Under the pieces are notes generated by a model. The model searched no databases. It saw nothing but the letters and a program-made list of their open reading frames with translations, and had not been told where the DNA came from. The position numbers and the translations under genes are program-made. DNA of 64,000 nt from positions 1,120,001-1,184,000 of the forward strand of contig OZ219754.1 in the NCBI GenBank assembly GCA_964291295.2. The letters are read 5' to 3'. Each line of letters starts with the position of its first letter. Positions within the stretch are counted from its first letter, which is position 1. The DNA is from an uncultured Candidatus Binatia bacterium. Lineage in GTDB: Bacteria > Desulfobacterota > Binatia > UBA9968 > JAJDTQ01. Shown in pieces: positions 51,143 through 61,869 of the stretch.

Positions 51143-51184
51143 TGAGCCGCGGCGCAGGCACCGGAGTCCCCGAAGGAGACGGAC

Positions 51185-52162
51185 TTGACCCGGAAGCAGA
51201 CAGATTCCCGGCCCCGCTACACCACCCTCGACTTCGCCAGCAACGACTATCCGTTCCTTGGCGGGCTCACGAGCGGGCGGCACCAGGCGTACGGGCTCGA
51301 TATCCGCTGGCACCATGTGGACCCGCCGAACCGCCTTTTTCGGCGGGTGCTGCGGTCGCCCCGATACGATGTCACGGAGTTGTCGCTGTCGAGCTACACG
51401 ATGATGCGGGAGCAGGGGTGGCGGGCCTACAAGGCGTTGCCGGTCTTCACCTCCCGGCGGTTCCGCCACTCGGCGCTGTTCGTGAGGAGGGGCAGCAGGC
51501 TGGTGAGCGGCGAGCAGCTCAAGGGCAGGCGGGTGGGGGTCCCCGACTTCCACATGACCGCGGCGGTATGGATCCGCGGCATTCTCCAGGAGGAATACGG
51601 CGTCGGGCCGGAGGACATCCGCTGGTTCACCGGCCGGGTGGAGCGCGTCGGCCTGCCCGCGGCCGTCGCCGGCAAGGTGGTGTACGTGGGCAGGGAGGCG
51701 CGGCTCTTCGACTGGCTGCTGGAGAGGAAGCTCGATGCGGTGATCTACGCGCACCGCACCACCCCGCCCGTGCCCGAAGGCTCCGTGCGGTGTCTGTTTC
51801 CGGACGCGGTGGTGCGGGAGAAGGCGTACTTCCGGAAGCACGGGGTGATCCCGATCATGCACCTGGTCGCGCTCAGGGAGGAGCACCTGGAGAAGGGGCC
51901 CGGGGTCGCCCGCAGGCTGGAGCGGGTGCTCCGGAAAGAGAAGGAGTCCTTTTTCCAGCGGCTGCACAGGGTGAGTTCGTCCGGGGTCCTTCCCTGGTTT
52001 TCCGAGTACGTGGACAGCACCGCGGCAGTGGTCGGCCCGGACCCCTGGCCCCACGGCATCGAGGCCAATCGCAAGGGCCTGGAGATGTTCCTCGACTACT
52101 CTCTGGCCCAGGGCCTGATCGCGCGCCGGCCCGACCTGCGCGAGCTGTTCATCGACGTCTGA
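51185..52162 (+). CDS. 4,5-dihydroxyphthalate decarboxylase-family (PBP-fold) protein
   Basis: TTG after AAGGAG; YDVTELSLSSY, ALPVFTSRRFRHS, TAAVWIRGILQEEYGV, PIMHLV, DPWPHG.EANR. Confidence 0.85.
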   Translation: MTRKQTDSRPRYTTLDFASNDYPFLGGLTSGRHQAYGLDIRWHHVDPPNRLFRRVLRSPRYDVTELSLSSYTMMREQGWRAYKALPVFTSRRFRHSALFVRRGSRLVSGEQLKGRRVGVPDFHMTAAVWIRGILQEEYGVGPEDIRWFTGRVERVGLPAAVAGKVVYVGREARLFDWLLERKLDAVIYAHRTTPPVPEGSVRCLFPDAVVREKAYFRKHGVIPIMHLVALREEHLEKGPGVARRLERVLRKEKESFFQRLHRVSSSGVLPWFSEYVDSTAAVVGPDPWPHGIEANRKGLEMFLDYSLAQGLIARRPDLRELFIDV

Positions 52163-52174
52163 ACCGGTCGTTCC

Positions 52175-52765
52175 TCACAACACGAACGGCATGGTGGCGG
52201 ACAGCAGCACGCTCTGGTCCAGCAGCATGGTGCGCTTGCGGATCTTCCATCGACCTTCCACCTTGCGCAGCACGTCCTCGCGCTTGCCGGCGAAGATGTC
52301 GGTGCTGTCCTCCAGTCGGTTGCGGTAGATCAGGATGCGGTAGCGGACGCTCACTTCCTCGGGCTCCGCCAGGCTTGGAGCCGCCCGGATGGCGTGGACG
52401 TTGGAGATGATGCGGGAGACCCGGGGCGGCGGCTCCTCGGCCCAGTGGACGCCGGAGGTGATCTGTCTGATCCGCAGCCGCAGGGTGGACTTGCCCTCGT
52501 CGAACCAGTTCATGTCGCGTCCCTGGCGGCTGTTCTCGGCGTCCCGGCGGCCGAATTCGACGTTCCGCCTCAGGGGAACCCAGTAGGCGATGTCGTCGGT
52601 CAGCAGTTCCAGCCACTCGTCGTAGCGGCGTTCGTCCAGCAGATCGGCCTCGGCGCACAGGAACTCGTGCACCTCCTGGGCCAGCAGCAGATAGGGCAGC
52701 CCCTTGTCGGCAACCGGAAATCCGCCGCCCTCCCGGGGTGCCGGTGTGGTTCTACGGCGCGTCAT
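52175..52765 (-). CDS. Aromatic ring-hydroxylating dioxygenase beta subunit
   Basis: [43 protein letters not shown]. Confidence 0.94.
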   Translation of the reverse strand: MTRRRTTPAPREGGGFPVADKGLPYLLLAQEVHEFLCAEADLLDERRYDEWLELLTDDIAYWVPLRRNVEFGRRDAENSRQGRDMNWFDEGKSTLRLRIRQITSGVHWAEEPPPRVSRIISNVHAIRAAPSLAEPEEVSVRYRILIYRNRLEDSTDIFAGKREDVLRKVEGRWKIRKRTMLLDQSVLLSATMPFVL

Positions 52766-54095
52766 TCATGAGCTCCGCCCAGCGCCGGTAGAAGGCCCGG
52801 GCCCCTTCCTCGGAGAACGACGCCTTGACGGTTACCGCGTCCGGGAGGTTCTCCACGGGCTGCGCGAAACCCAGCCCCATGCCGTAGTGGTAGGGATAGC
52901 GGCGCGCGATGGTGCCCCGGCTGGCCTCGGTGGCATGGACCCAGTTGTCCATGTCGTCGGACTCCACCATGCCCGCCGGCCCGGAGAACCGCATGTAGTA
53001 GCGGCGCAGCAGATCCTTGACCTCCCAGGGCGCGTCCCGGTCCACCAGGTACCAGCGCCATGCCTCGGTCCGGTCCGGCGCCACCGGATGCCACGCCACC
53101 AGGGTGCGGGGAAACCAGGGGTGGAACGAGGTGTTGGGGAAGACGTTGCCGTTGCCGGGAGTGACCGTGACCCGGCCCTTGCGCCGCTCCCGCCGCCGGG
53201 CCTCCACGTCCTTGAAGTACTCGGCCACCGCAGGGTCGTTGGGGAACTCCGGAAACCACGGCTCCGCACCCGCCTCCGGCGGTCCGGTGATGGAGGCGTG
53301 GCCCAGGGCCGGAAACGCCATCAGCCCGCTGGTGAAGCGCCTGGCCTGGTTGCGGTGGACCGAGCCGTGGCGCTCCTGTCCTTCGCCGCCCGGCCCCAGC
53401 CCCGCGATCTCGGCGGACTTGTGGGTGGTGGGGCTGTGATAGGTGTCCCAGGCGAAGTTCTCGGCGGCGAACTTCCAGTTGCACGGCATCCGCCACTTGA
53501 CGATGCCGGCCAGCGCTTCCGAGCCGCCGTTGCTGCCGTCCCGGGCATCCAGCAGCGCGTCCAGGTAGAGACGCATGCCGCCGAGATAGTTGTCGAAGGA
53601 CGGCGCGGACTCGTCCCAGGTGGCCCAGATGGTTCCCTTGTAGACCGCCATCCGGGCCACCCGGACCAGGCCCCACTCGGACTTGTCGAGTTGCTCGCGG
53701 TAGCCCGCCCGGTACTGCGGAACGCCGTAGAGGTCCCCGGGCCTGTTCACCAGAGCGCCGTCGGTGGAGTAGCTCCAGCCGTGGTAGGGACAGGTGAACA
53801 CGGACGTATTCCCCTGATCGTAGCGGCACACCTTCATGCCGCGGTGCCGGCAGGTGTTGAGCAGCACGTGGATGCCGTGCTGCGCATCGCGGGTGACGAT
53901 CACCGACTCCTCGCCCATGCGCGACAGGAAGAAATCACCGGGCGCGGGGATCTGGCTCTCGTGCCCCACGAAAAGCCACGCGCGCGCGAATATCCGCTCC
54001 AGCTCGGACCGGTAGATGTCCTCGTCGACGAAGATTTCCCGGCTGATGATGCCCCGGTTCAGGTCGACCCACGCCCCGTGCCCGCGCTTGCCCAC
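52752..54095 (-). CDS. Rieske aromatic ring-hydroxylating dioxygenase alpha subunit
   Basis: Rieske CRHRG...CPYHGW; [13 protein letters not shown]...TH; DDMDNW. Confidence 0.96.
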   Translation of the reverse strand: MGKRGHGAWVDLNRGIISREIFVDEDIYRSELERIFARAWLFVGHESQIPAPGDFFLSRMGEESVIVTRDAQHGIHVLLNTCRHRGMKVCRYDQGNTSVFTCPYHGWSYSTDGALVNRPGDLYGVPQYRAGYREQLDKSEWGLVRVARMAVYKGTIWATWDESAPSFDNYLGGMRLYLDALLDARDGSNGGSEALAGIVKWRMPCNWKFAAENFAWDTYHSPTTHKSAEIAGLGPGGEGQERHGSVHRNQARRFTSGLMAFPALGHASITGPPEAGAEPWFPEFPNDPAVAEYFKDVEARRRERRKGRVTVTPGNGNVFPNTSFHPWFPRTLVAWHPVAPDRTEAWRWYLVDRDAPWEVKDLLRRYYMRFSGPAGMVESDDMDNWVHATEASRGTIARRYPYHYGMGLGFAQPVENLPDAVTVKASFSEEGARAFYRRWAELMNDAP

Positions 54096-54197
54096 GCTGC
54101 CTCCACCGTTTGTTCGATGGGAGTGACTGGAGATAGGAGAAGCTCCAATGGAAACAACCGAGGCCGTGGATTGTCAAGGATGGCCGGCCGCCGGCGC

Positions 54198-55424
54198 TCA
54201 GGCCCGCAGCCTGCGCAGGTTCGGCATGAAGGCCGCCGTCACCGCCGCCAGCGCCAGCACGGCGGTGCCCATGGCCAGCGTCGTGCCGGGGGCGCCGATG
54301 AAGTGGGCGCCGATCCCGGCCAGCAGCGCGCCGGCGGGGGTGATGCCGCGATCGAGCATGTAGATGCTCATGACCCGGCCCCGCAGCCGGTCCGGCACGG
54401 TCATGTGCAGCACCATGTTGGACACGGACATGAACATCACCTGGAATCCACCCACCGCCACCAGCATCAGCAGCGACAGGGGCAGGGTGCGCATGAGCGC
54501 GAAAAGGAGCAGGAAGACCCCTTGCAGCACCAGGCCGGCGATCATGAGGAGTCCGGGGCGGCTGACCCGATTGGCGAAGTGGGCCACGCTCAGCATGGCC
54601 AGCATGGCGCCCAGGCCCGGCGCCGCCATCATCAGGCCGAGCCCTTCGGGTCCCACCTGCAGCACGTCCTTCTGGAAGATGGGCAGAAGGGCCTGGTACG
54701 GCATGGCGAACAGGCGGGGCACCATCGCGGTGGTCATGACGGCAAAGATCACGGGATCCGACCAGACATGGCGGATGCCCTCGCGCAGGTTGCTCAGCAC
54801 CGAGGAGCCGGCGGCATCCCGGACCTGCTCCGGAACCCGCATCCGGTAGATCATCCACAGGACGAACAGGTAGGTGGCGCTCTGGATGTAGAAGTTGCCC
54901 GCCAGTCCGACCAGGGCGATGAGCACACCGCCCACGCTGGGGCCGATGATCTTGGTGAAGTTGAAGGCCGCCGAGTTCAGCGCCACGGCGTTCATCAGTT
55001 CCGCCCGCGGCACCACGTCGGGGATGAGCGCCTGCCGCACCGGCTCGCTGAAGGACCACACCACGCCGGTCACCAGCGTGAAGGCGAACAGGTGCCAGAC
55101 CTCCAGCCATTCCAGGCTCACCACCAGGCCCATGCCCAGGGCCGTCAGCAGCACACACCACTGGGTGGCGATCATGAGCCGGCGCCGGTCCGAGCGGTCC
55201 GCGGCCACGCCGGCCAACGGGCTGAAGATGAGAAAGGGCACGAACCGCAGGCCGTTGAGGGCGCCCAGCAGGATGGACGAACGGGTCATCTCGTAGATGG
55301 CCCAACCCAGGGTCACCTGTTGCAGCCACAGGCCGCCGCTGATGAAGCAGGTGCCGGCCCACAGGTAGCGGAAGTCCCGGTTGCGCAGGGACGAGAAGGT
55401 GCTTCGGGAGCCGGCGGTTTCCAT
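54198..55424 (-). CDS. MFS transporter
   Basis: About 12 TM helices; GVAADRSDRRR, NAVALNS, RLRGRVMS. Confidence 0.92.
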   Translation of the reverse strand: METAGSRSTFSSLRNRDFRYLWAGTCFISGGLWLQQVTLGWAIYEMTRSSILLGALNGLRFVPFLIFSPLAGVAADRSDRRRLMIATQWCVLLTALGMGLVVSLEWLEVWHLFAFTLVTGVVWSFSEPVRQALIPDVVPRAELMNAVALNSAAFNFTKIIGPSVGGVLIALVGLAGNFYIQSATYLFVLWMIYRMRVPEQVRDAAGSSVLSNLREGIRHVWSDPVIFAVMTTAMVPRLFAMPYQALLPIFQKDVLQVGPEGLGLMMAAPGLGAMLAMLSVAHFANRVSRPGLLMIAGLVLQGVFLLLFALMRTLPLSLLMLVAVGGFQVMFMSVSNMVLHMTVPDRLRGRVMSIYMLDRGITPAGALLAGIGAHFIGAPGTTLAMGTAVLALAAVTAAFMPNLRRLRA

Positions 55425-55431
55425 GCGGCAA

Positions 55432-56580
55432 TCAGTTCGAGGCGTCCGTGGCTGGCGGTTGCCCGCCCGGTGCGGCCATGACCGCCGCCAGGCTCAGTTG
55501 ACGCCGGTCCAGGTGAGCGCTCTTGATGAGGGCGTAGATCTCCCGGCCCGGTGCCAGCGCCAGTTCGCGCACGGCGTGATGCGTCACCAGGGCGGTCAGC
55601 GGGGCCTCGCCGACGTGGAGCCTGAGTTCCGCCAGCGTTGCGGGGTCGCCGCCGCCCGGGCCGATCTCCACCAGGGTGCCCTTGAGCACGTTGCGCAGGC
55701 TCAACCCCCGGGGCGGCTCCGTGGCCACGCTGACGTCACGGGCGCGGATCCACACCCGCACCGCCGCCCCCGGGGGGATATCCGCCGCCAAGGGAACCCG
55801 CAGTTCGCCGCCGCGAAAATCGAGGTGCGTGAGACCCGCCGCGGCATCGTGACGGGAAACTCGCGTGGCCAGCAGGGTGCCGGTCTCGTTCCCCTCTTCC
55901 GGCGACCGCAGCTCCGGGTCGCCCAGGATCTCGCCGGCGCCTCCCGACCGGACGACCCGGCCTTCGGCCACCAGCACCAGGTTGCGCGCCAGACGGGACA
56001 CTTCGTCCAGGGAATGGCTCACGTAGAGGATGGGAATGCCCATCTCGTCCAGCCGCTCGATGTAGGGCAGGATCTCGTTCTTCATGAGCACGTCGAGGGA
56101 GGCCAGCGGCTCGTCCATCAGCAGCGCCCGGGGGTTGCTCAGCAGCGCCCGCCCCACCGCCACGCGCTGTTTCTCGCCGCCGGAGAGGGAATGCGGACGG
56201 CGTTTCAGGAACGCCTTCAGGTCCAACAGCGCGGTCACCCGGTCAAGGGAAAGGCCGCATTCCCCGGCCGGGGCGAAGCGCCGGCCGTAGAGCAGATTCG
56301 AGCGGACGCTCAGGTGCGGGAACAGCCGCCCTTCCTGGAACACGTATCCGAGCCGCCGCTTCCAGGGCGGCAGGTCGATCCCCGCGGCGCCGTCGAACAG
56401 CACGTGCCCGTCCACCTCGATGCGGCCCTCGTCGGGCCGGAGCAGTCCGCTCACCATGTTCACGATGGAAGTCTTGCCCGCGCCGGAGCGGCCGAAAAGG
56501 GCGGTCAGCCCCCGGTCGCTGCGGAACCGGGCTTCGATGCGCAGGTCTCCGAGCCGCCGCCTGACATCCACCTCCAGCAT
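55432..56580 (-). CDS. modC: Molybdate ABC transporter ATP-binding protein
   Basis: GRSGAGKTS, GYVFQEGRLFPH, LSGGEKQ, MDEP, C-terminal TOBE (SLRNVL, YALIKS). Confidence 0.95.
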   Translation of the reverse strand: MLEVDVRRRLGDLRIEARFRSDRGLTALFGRSGAGKTSIVNMVSGLLRPDEGRIEVDGHVLFDGAAGIDLPPWKRRLGYVFQEGRLFPHLSVRSNLLYGRRFAPAGECGLSLDRVTALLDLKAFLKRRPHSLSGGEKQRVAVGRALLSNPRALLMDEPLASLDVLMKNEILPYIERLDEMGIPILYVSHSLDEVSRLARNLVLVAEGRVVRSGGAGEILGDPELRSPEEGNETGTLLATRVSRHDAAAGLTHLDFRGGELRVPLAADIPPGAAVRVWIRARDVSVATEPPRGLSLRNVLKGTLVEIGPGGGDPATLAELRLHVGEAPLTALVTHHAVRELALAPGREIYALIKSAHLDRRQLSLAAVMAAPGGQPPATDASN

Positions 56581-56582
56581 GG

Positions 56583-57290
56583 TCAGGCGGCGTAACCCCG
56601 CGTTCTCCGGGCGACGTAGCGGCCCAGCACCTCCGACGCCGCCAGCGCCAGGATGGTGACCAGGACGATGATGACGGTGAGGCGCATGGCGCCGGGCTCG
56701 CCGCCGGGCACCTGAAGCGCGGAGTGGACCGCCAGCGACAGGGTACGGGTCTCGCCGGGAATGTTGGAGACGAAGGTGATGGTAGCGCCGAATTCCCCGA
56801 GGCTCCGGGTGAACCCCAGGATGGCTCCCACCACCAAGCCCGGCAGGCTCAGGGGCAGCGTCACCGTGAGGCAGCTCCACAGGCGGTTGGCCCCGAGGGT
56901 ATGGGCGGCGGACTCCAGGCGCCGGTCGACGGCTTCCACCGAAAGGCGGATGGGCCGCACCATCAGCGGAAACGCCACCACGGCCGCGGCCACCACGGCG
57001 CCGGTCCAGCGGAATGCCAGCACCAGGCCGAAGGACTGCTCGAGCCAGGCGCCCACCGGGCCGCGGCGCCCGAGCAGCAGCAGCAGCAGATATCCGGTGA
57101 CCACCGGCGGCAGCACCAGCGGCATGTGCAGCAGACCGTTCAGCAGTTCCTTGCCCCAGAAGCGGCAGCGGGCCAGCACGAAGGCGGCCAGCGCGGCCAG
57201 CGGAAGGCTCACCAGCGTGCTCCAGGCGGCGATCCGGACACTCAGGCGCAGGGCCTCGATCTCCGCCGGGCCCAGGGACCACGCGGGCAT
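56583..57290 (-). CDS. modB: Molybdate ABC transporter permease
   Basis: PLVLPPVVTGY, FPLMVR, RSLGEFGAT, NIPGETRTL. Confidence 0.95.
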   Translation of the reverse strand: MPAWSLGPAEIEALRLSVRIAAWSTLVSLPLAALAAFVLARCRFWGKELLNGLLHMPLVLPPVVTGYLLLLLLGRRGPVGAWLEQSFGLVLAFRWTGAVVAAAVVAFPLMVRPIRLSVEAVDRRLESAAHTLGANRLWSCLTVTLPLSLPGLVVGAILGFTRSLGEFGATITFVSNIPGETRTLSLAVHSALQVPGGEPGAMRLTVIIVLVTILALAASEVLGRYVARRTRGYAA

Positions 57291-58114
57291 CAGCTGCCCG
57301 GTCCCCGGAGCGCGAAGCCGCGGCCTTCGAACACCGATCGAGCCGCCGGCGACCACAGGAAGTTCAGGAACAGATCGGCTTGTGGATGGGTGCTGGCGGC
57401 GGGGATGGTCACCGTGTAGCGGATGGGCGGATGATATTCCTCGGGAAAGATGCCCACCACCGCGACGCCGGGCTCCGCCTTCGCGTCCGTGAGGTAGACG
57501 ATGCCGTAGGGGGCTTCCCCCCGGGCTACCAGCGCCAGCGCGTGGCGCACGGTGGCGGCGCCGGCCACCCGGTCCGCCACCGCGCGCCAGACGCCGAGGG
57601 TTTCCAGCGCCGCCTTGGCGTACCGCCCGGCCGGGACGTGGCTTGGATCCCCCATCACCAGGTGCCCGTCGCCCACCAGCCGCGCCAGCGGAAAGCCGTC
57701 GTGGATGGGCACGGCGGCGGCGTGCCGGTCCGCAGCCACCAGCACCAGCCGGTTGCCCAGAAGGCTGTCGAGGGTGCCCGGCCGCAGCCATCGTCCGGCC
57801 TCCAGCCGATCCGTCCATTCCGGACTGGCAGACACGTACACATCCGCCGCCGCACCGCGCTCGATCTGTCGTGCCAGGGTGGAGCTTGCGGCAAAGGAGA
57901 CCGCCACCGGCGCGCCGCCGGCCTTCTCGAACCGCCGCGCAATGGTGTCGATGGTGCCCTGGAGGCTGGCGGCGGCGAACACCCGCAGGCGCTCCGCCGC
58001 CGCGGCCGGGCCGGCCAGGGAGGCCGCAAGGACCAGGACCGCGGCCAGCGCACACCCGCGCCCCGGCGGCGTGGCGCGCCGCCAGTTTTTACCCCTGGTC
58101 CCGTTCGTCCACAC
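57290..58114 (-). CDS. modA: Molybdate ABC transporter substrate-binding protein
   Basis: VFAAASL, FAASSTLARQIE.GA.AD, VPAGRYA, GIVY.TDA. Start codon uncertain. Confidence 0.93.
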   Translation of the reverse strand: MWTNGTRGKNWRRATPPGRGCALAAVLVLAASLAGPAAAAERLRVFAAASLQGTIDTIARRFEKAGGAPVAVSFAASSTLARQIERGAAADVYVSASPEWTDRLEAGRWLRPGTLDSLLGNRLVLVAADRHAAAVPIHDGFPLARLVGDGHLVMGDPSHVPAGRYAKAALETLGVWRAVADRVAGAATVRHALALVARGEAPYGIVYLTDAKAEPGVAVVGIFPEEYHPPIRYTVTIPAASTHPQADLFLNFLWSPAARSVFEGRGFALRGPGS

Positions 58115-58287
58115 GATATCCGATCCGCCTGAAGTCCGATCCGCCTGAAATTCGCCGCCGGCGCACCCGCCGGCAAGGTCTCGCCGACAAGGTCCCTGTT
58201 GTTTGGCATTTTGTCGTCTATAATACCACGGATGTCACACCCGCCGCGGAAACGGCGCCGGCCCGTCCGCGGCCCCGAAAGGAGATC

Positions 58288-59646
58288 ATGGCTGGAAGAA
58301 AGATCCCCTACGATCCCGCGAAAGCGGAATTTCTGTGCTATGCATCCGCGGTCCCGGCGTTTCTCGACGGCAGCGACACGCCCCGGGCCTATCTTGAGCG
58401 ATGTCTCGAAACCATCGAGGCCGTCGAGCCGGAGGTCAGGGCGTTCGTCCGCATGAATGTGGACGGCGCCCGCAAGGCGGCCGACGTCGCCGTCGCGCGG
58501 TACCGGGACGGACGCCCGCTGTCGGTGGTGGACGGCATGCCGGTGGCCGTCAAGGATGTCCACGAGACCGAGGACATGCCCATGGAGGTGGGCAGCCCGG
58601 TGCTCAAGGGCTTCCACACCGGCTGGGACGGCGCCGCAGTCCACGCCCTGCGCAAGGGCGGCGCGCTGATCCTGGGCAAGACGGTGACCACCGAGTTCGC
58701 CTTCGCCGCCCCCGGACCCACCCGCAATCCCTGGGATGTGTCCCGGACCCCGGGCGGCTCTTCCAGCGGCAGCGCTGCCGCGGTGGCGGCGCGCATGGTC
58801 CCGGCCGCCACCGGAACCCAGGTGCGCGGCTCGGTGCTGCGGCCCGCGGCCTACTGCGGCACCTATGCCATCAAGGCCTCCTACGGCGCCCTGAATACGC
58901 TGGGGGGATTCCCGTCGGCGCCGAGTCTGGCCCATCTGGGAATTCTCGCCGGCACCCTGGAGGACATGTGGGGCACGGCCTGCTACATCTCGCAGGCCGC
59001 GGGCGGAGACCCGGGGCATCCGAGCCTGACCGGCGGCCCCTCGCTGCCGCCCCCGGCGAAGCCCCGGCGGGTGGTGCGGCTCGACACCGCCGGATGGGAC
59101 GTGACCGCGGATGCCGCCCGGGGGGTCTTCGAAGGGTATGTCGGGACTCTGCGGTCCAGGGGCGTGGAGGTGGCGGGCCGGCTCGACGACGCCGCGGTGG
59201 AAGCGCTTGAGCGCAAGCTCCGGGAGCTGCCGGAGGTGATCCTGCGGGTGCTGACCTATGAAGGCCGCTATCCGCTGGCGGTGTACGCCGACCGCTGCCC
59301 GGAACTCCTCAGCGAGCGGGTTCTGGAGCGGGTGGAGGCGGGCCGGGGCCTCACGCCCGACGACTACGCCCGGGCGCTGGAGTGGTGCCGGGACTTCCGC
59401 CGGCAGTGGGAAGCCATGGCCCGTGATGCCGATGCCTTCCTCACCCTGAACTCGGTGGACGCCGCGCCAGTGGGCATGCCGGTGGGCAATGCCATCTACG
59501 GCGAGTTGTCATCGGTGGTCGGCGTTCCCACCCTGAATCTTCCGCTGCTGGCGCTGGACGACATGCCGCTGGGCGTCCAGTTGCTCGGTTATTACCGCAG
59601 GGACCGGGATCTCGTGGGTATCGGCCGCTGGCTGGCGGAGGGCTGA
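58288..59646 (+). CDS. Amidase-signature family amidase
   Basis: GMPVAVKD, GKTVTTEFA, TPGGSSSGSAAAVA, GTQVRGS.LRPA, PLGVQL. Confidence 0.93.
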   Translation: MAGRKIPYDPAKAEFLCYASAVPAFLDGSDTPRAYLERCLETIEAVEPEVRAFVRMNVDGARKAADVAVARYRDGRPLSVVDGMPVAVKDVHETEDMPMEVGSPVLKGFHTGWDGAAVHALRKGGALILGKTVTTEFAFAAPGPTRNPWDVSRTPGGSSSGSAAAVAARMVPAATGTQVRGSVLRPAAYCGTYAIKASYGALNTLGGFPSAPSLAHLGILAGTLEDMWGTACYISQAAGGDPGHPSLTGGPSLPPPAKPRRVVRLDTAGWDVTADAARGVFEGYVGTLRSRGVEVAGRLDDAAVEALERKLRELPEVILRVLTYEGRYPLAVYADRCPELLSERVLERVEAGRGLTPDDYARALEWCRDFRRQWEAMARDADAFLTLNSVDAAPVGMPVGNAIYGELSSVVGVPTLNLPLLALDDMPLGVQLLGYYRRDRDLVGIGRWLAEG

Positions 59647-60002
59647 ACCCGGACCGGCCCGTTCGTGGAGGGTCCCGCCGGGCAAGCCGCGCGCTTCGGC
59701 CGGAATCTGTCCCCAAGGGTCGATGTCCCGAACGGTGATGCCGGTGCTCGCGTCAGCACCCACGTCGGCGCCGCCTCTCCCGCCGGCGGCCCGCTCCCGA
59801 TCATCACGCCGTGCCGTCCGAGGACACTGCTCAAGGGCACGCGGCGCCGCACCCGGCTCGATGAGGTCGAACGCGCTCCCGGTGCGGTGAGCGGGGCGAA
59901 TCCGTTGTCCGGGAGCGGCCTTCCGTATAAGATTTCCGCTGGTGCCGCAAGACGGGAATGCAGGCGAGAGCGATGTACGCCGGATGGGAGGGTTCCGTGG
60001 CC

Positions 60003-60161
60003 ATGCAGCATGCCGGTACGCGGTTCAAGGCGCTTCGCCAGGAGCGCGGGTTTTCGCGGGACGATCACGCGCGGCGGTACGGCTTCGAGGACCGGCAGAC
60101 CGCCCCGGCCCTTGAGACCGGTGCGACGGCGGAAGAACAGGTGGCTGCGGTCCTGTCGTGA
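60003..60161 (+). pseudogene. Degenerate XRE-family helix-turn-helix fragment
   Basis: GTRFKALRQERGFSRDDHARRYGFEDRQTAPALETG follows the XRE pattern LR..RGLSQ..LA...G..RQT.S..E.G but with disruptive substitutions. Confidence 0.6.
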
Positions 60162-60168
60162 TCCTGTC

Positions 60169-61869
60169 GTGAAAGTCCTGGTCAGCCTGCTGGCCTCCTT
60201 CATGGAGGCCCCCGAATCCCGGCGCAATCTGGGCGTCCTGCTCAGATTCCTCAGTCTCCTCGTGGGCATCATCGTCGTCTACTCCGTCCTCTTTCATTTC
60301 ATCATGGTCGGCGTGGAAGGGAAGGACCACTCCTGGGTCACGGGCTTCTACTGGACCCTGACGGTCATGAGCACGCTGGGGTTCGGCGATATCGTCTTCG
60401 ACAGCGACCTCGGACGGCTCTTCAGCATTCTCGTGCTGCTGTCGGGTATCATCCTGCTGCTCATTCTGCTGCCCTTCACCCTGATCCGTTCGTTCTATGC
60501 CCCGTGGCTGGAAGCGCAGATACGGGGCCGCGCTCCCCGCAAGGTGGCGGACGATCTGGCCGGCCACGTGGTCATCTGCGGCAGCGACGCGCTGGCGGCG
60601 GGTCTGATGGAGCGGCTGGCGCTGTACGGCATTCCCTGCTGCCTCATCGAGCCCGATGCCGCCGAGGCCGCCCGCAAGCATCGCGAGGGGTTGTCGGTCA
60701 TCACGGGGGATGTGGACAGCCGGCAAACCTACGTGAATCTGCGGGCGGCGCATGCGCGGCTGATCCTGGCCAACCTCACGGACGAGGTGAACACCAACAT
60801 CACCATTACGGCGCGGGAGGTGGCCCCGAGCGTTCCTCTCGTCGCTACCGCCACCACCGCGGACTCCATCGACATCCTGAAGCTGAGCGGCTGCACCCAT
60901 GTCCTGCCCTTGCACGATCAACTGGCGGAACGTCTCGCCAACCGCATCAACGCCGGCCACGCCGAAGTGCACGTCATCGGCGGCATCCGCAACCTGCGTA
61001 TCGCCGAGTTCGCCGTGCACAATACGCCGTTTGCCGGCTGCACCATTCGCGAGACGCGAATCCGCGAAGCCACCGGAGTGGAGATCGTAAGCGTCTGGGA
61101 GCGGGGTCGGCTGTTGCCGGCCCTCCCGGACACCCGACTCTCCAACTCCAGCCTGCTGGTGGTGGCCGGCACCGAAGAGCAGATGCTGGAGCTCAACCTG
61201 CTGCTGGTGATCTACGACAACAACTACAATCCGGTTCTGATCATCGGCGGCGGCAAGGTGGGTCGCGCCACCGCCAGGGCGCTCAGGCTCAAGGACGTGG
61301 AGGTGCACCTCATCGAGCGCCACGAAGCCCTGCGGCCGCGCATCGGCGAGATTCCGAACCGCCTCTTTCTGGGCGACGCCACCGACCGGGAATTGCTCAT
61401 GGAAGCGGGACTGCGCAACACCCCGGCGGTGGTGCTGTCCAGCAGCGACGATGCCATGAACATCTACTTGGCGGTCTACTGCCGCCGCCTCAACCCCGAG
61501 GTGCTGATCCTGAGCCGCATCACCCATCCCCGGAACCTCGAGGCCATCTATCGCGCCGGCGCCGATTTCGCCCTGAGCTACACCTCCCAGGGCGTCGAAG
61601 ACATCTTCGCCCAATTGCACGCCCGGGAACTTCTGGTCATCGGCGAGGGCGTGGAGTTGTTCGTGGTGCCCGCGCCCTCCTCCCTCGTGGGCCGCGAGCT
61701 GGGCGGCTGCGCCGTCTCCGAGCGCACCGGCCTCACTGTCGTCGGCGTCCAGCAGAACGGCGTTGTCGTCACCAACCCTCCGCCCTCCACGTTGCTGAAC
61801 CGCGGCAGCGATTTGATCATGCTCGGCAGCACCGGGCAGCGTCAGGCGTTTGCCAGGGATTTCGGGTAG
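60169..61869 (+). CDS. Potassium channel protein with tandem TrkA-N/TrkA-C (RCK) domains
   Basis: Two TM helices with pore TLGFGD; HVVICG, IIGGGKVG, GDATD; two TrkA-C repeats. Confidence 0.92.
   Translation: MKVLVSLLASFMEAPESRRNLGVLLRFLSLLVGIIVVYSVLFHFIMVGVEGKDHSWVTGFYWTLTVMSTLGFGDIVFDSDLGRLFSILVLLSGIILLLILLPFTLIRSFYAPWLEAQIRGRAPRKVADDLAGHVVICGSDALAAGLMERLALYGIPCCLIEPDAAEAARKHREGLSVITGDVDSRQTYVNLRAAHARLILANLTDEVNTNITITAREVAPSVPLVATATTADSIDILKLSGCTHVLPLHDQLAERLANRINAGHAEVHVIGGIRNLRIAEFAVHNTPFAGCTIRETRIREATGVEIVSVWERGRLLPALPDTRLSNSSLLVVAGTEEQMLELNLLLVIYDNNYNPVLIIGGGKVGRATARALRLKDVEVHLIERHEALRPRIGEIPNRLFLGDATDRELLMEAGLRNTPAVVLSSSDDAMNIYLAVYCRRLNPEVLILSRITHPRNLEAIYRAGADFALSYTSQGVEDIFAQLHARELLVIGEGVELFVVPAPSSLVGRELGGCAVSERTGLTVVGVQQNGVVVTNPPPSTLLNRGSDLIMLGSTGQRQAFARDFG

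Noticed and set aside
58115-58287. ModE box upstream of modA
   Set aside because: No AT-rich ModE-type palindrome; only a 16-bp tandem repeat and a TATAAT facing the amidase.
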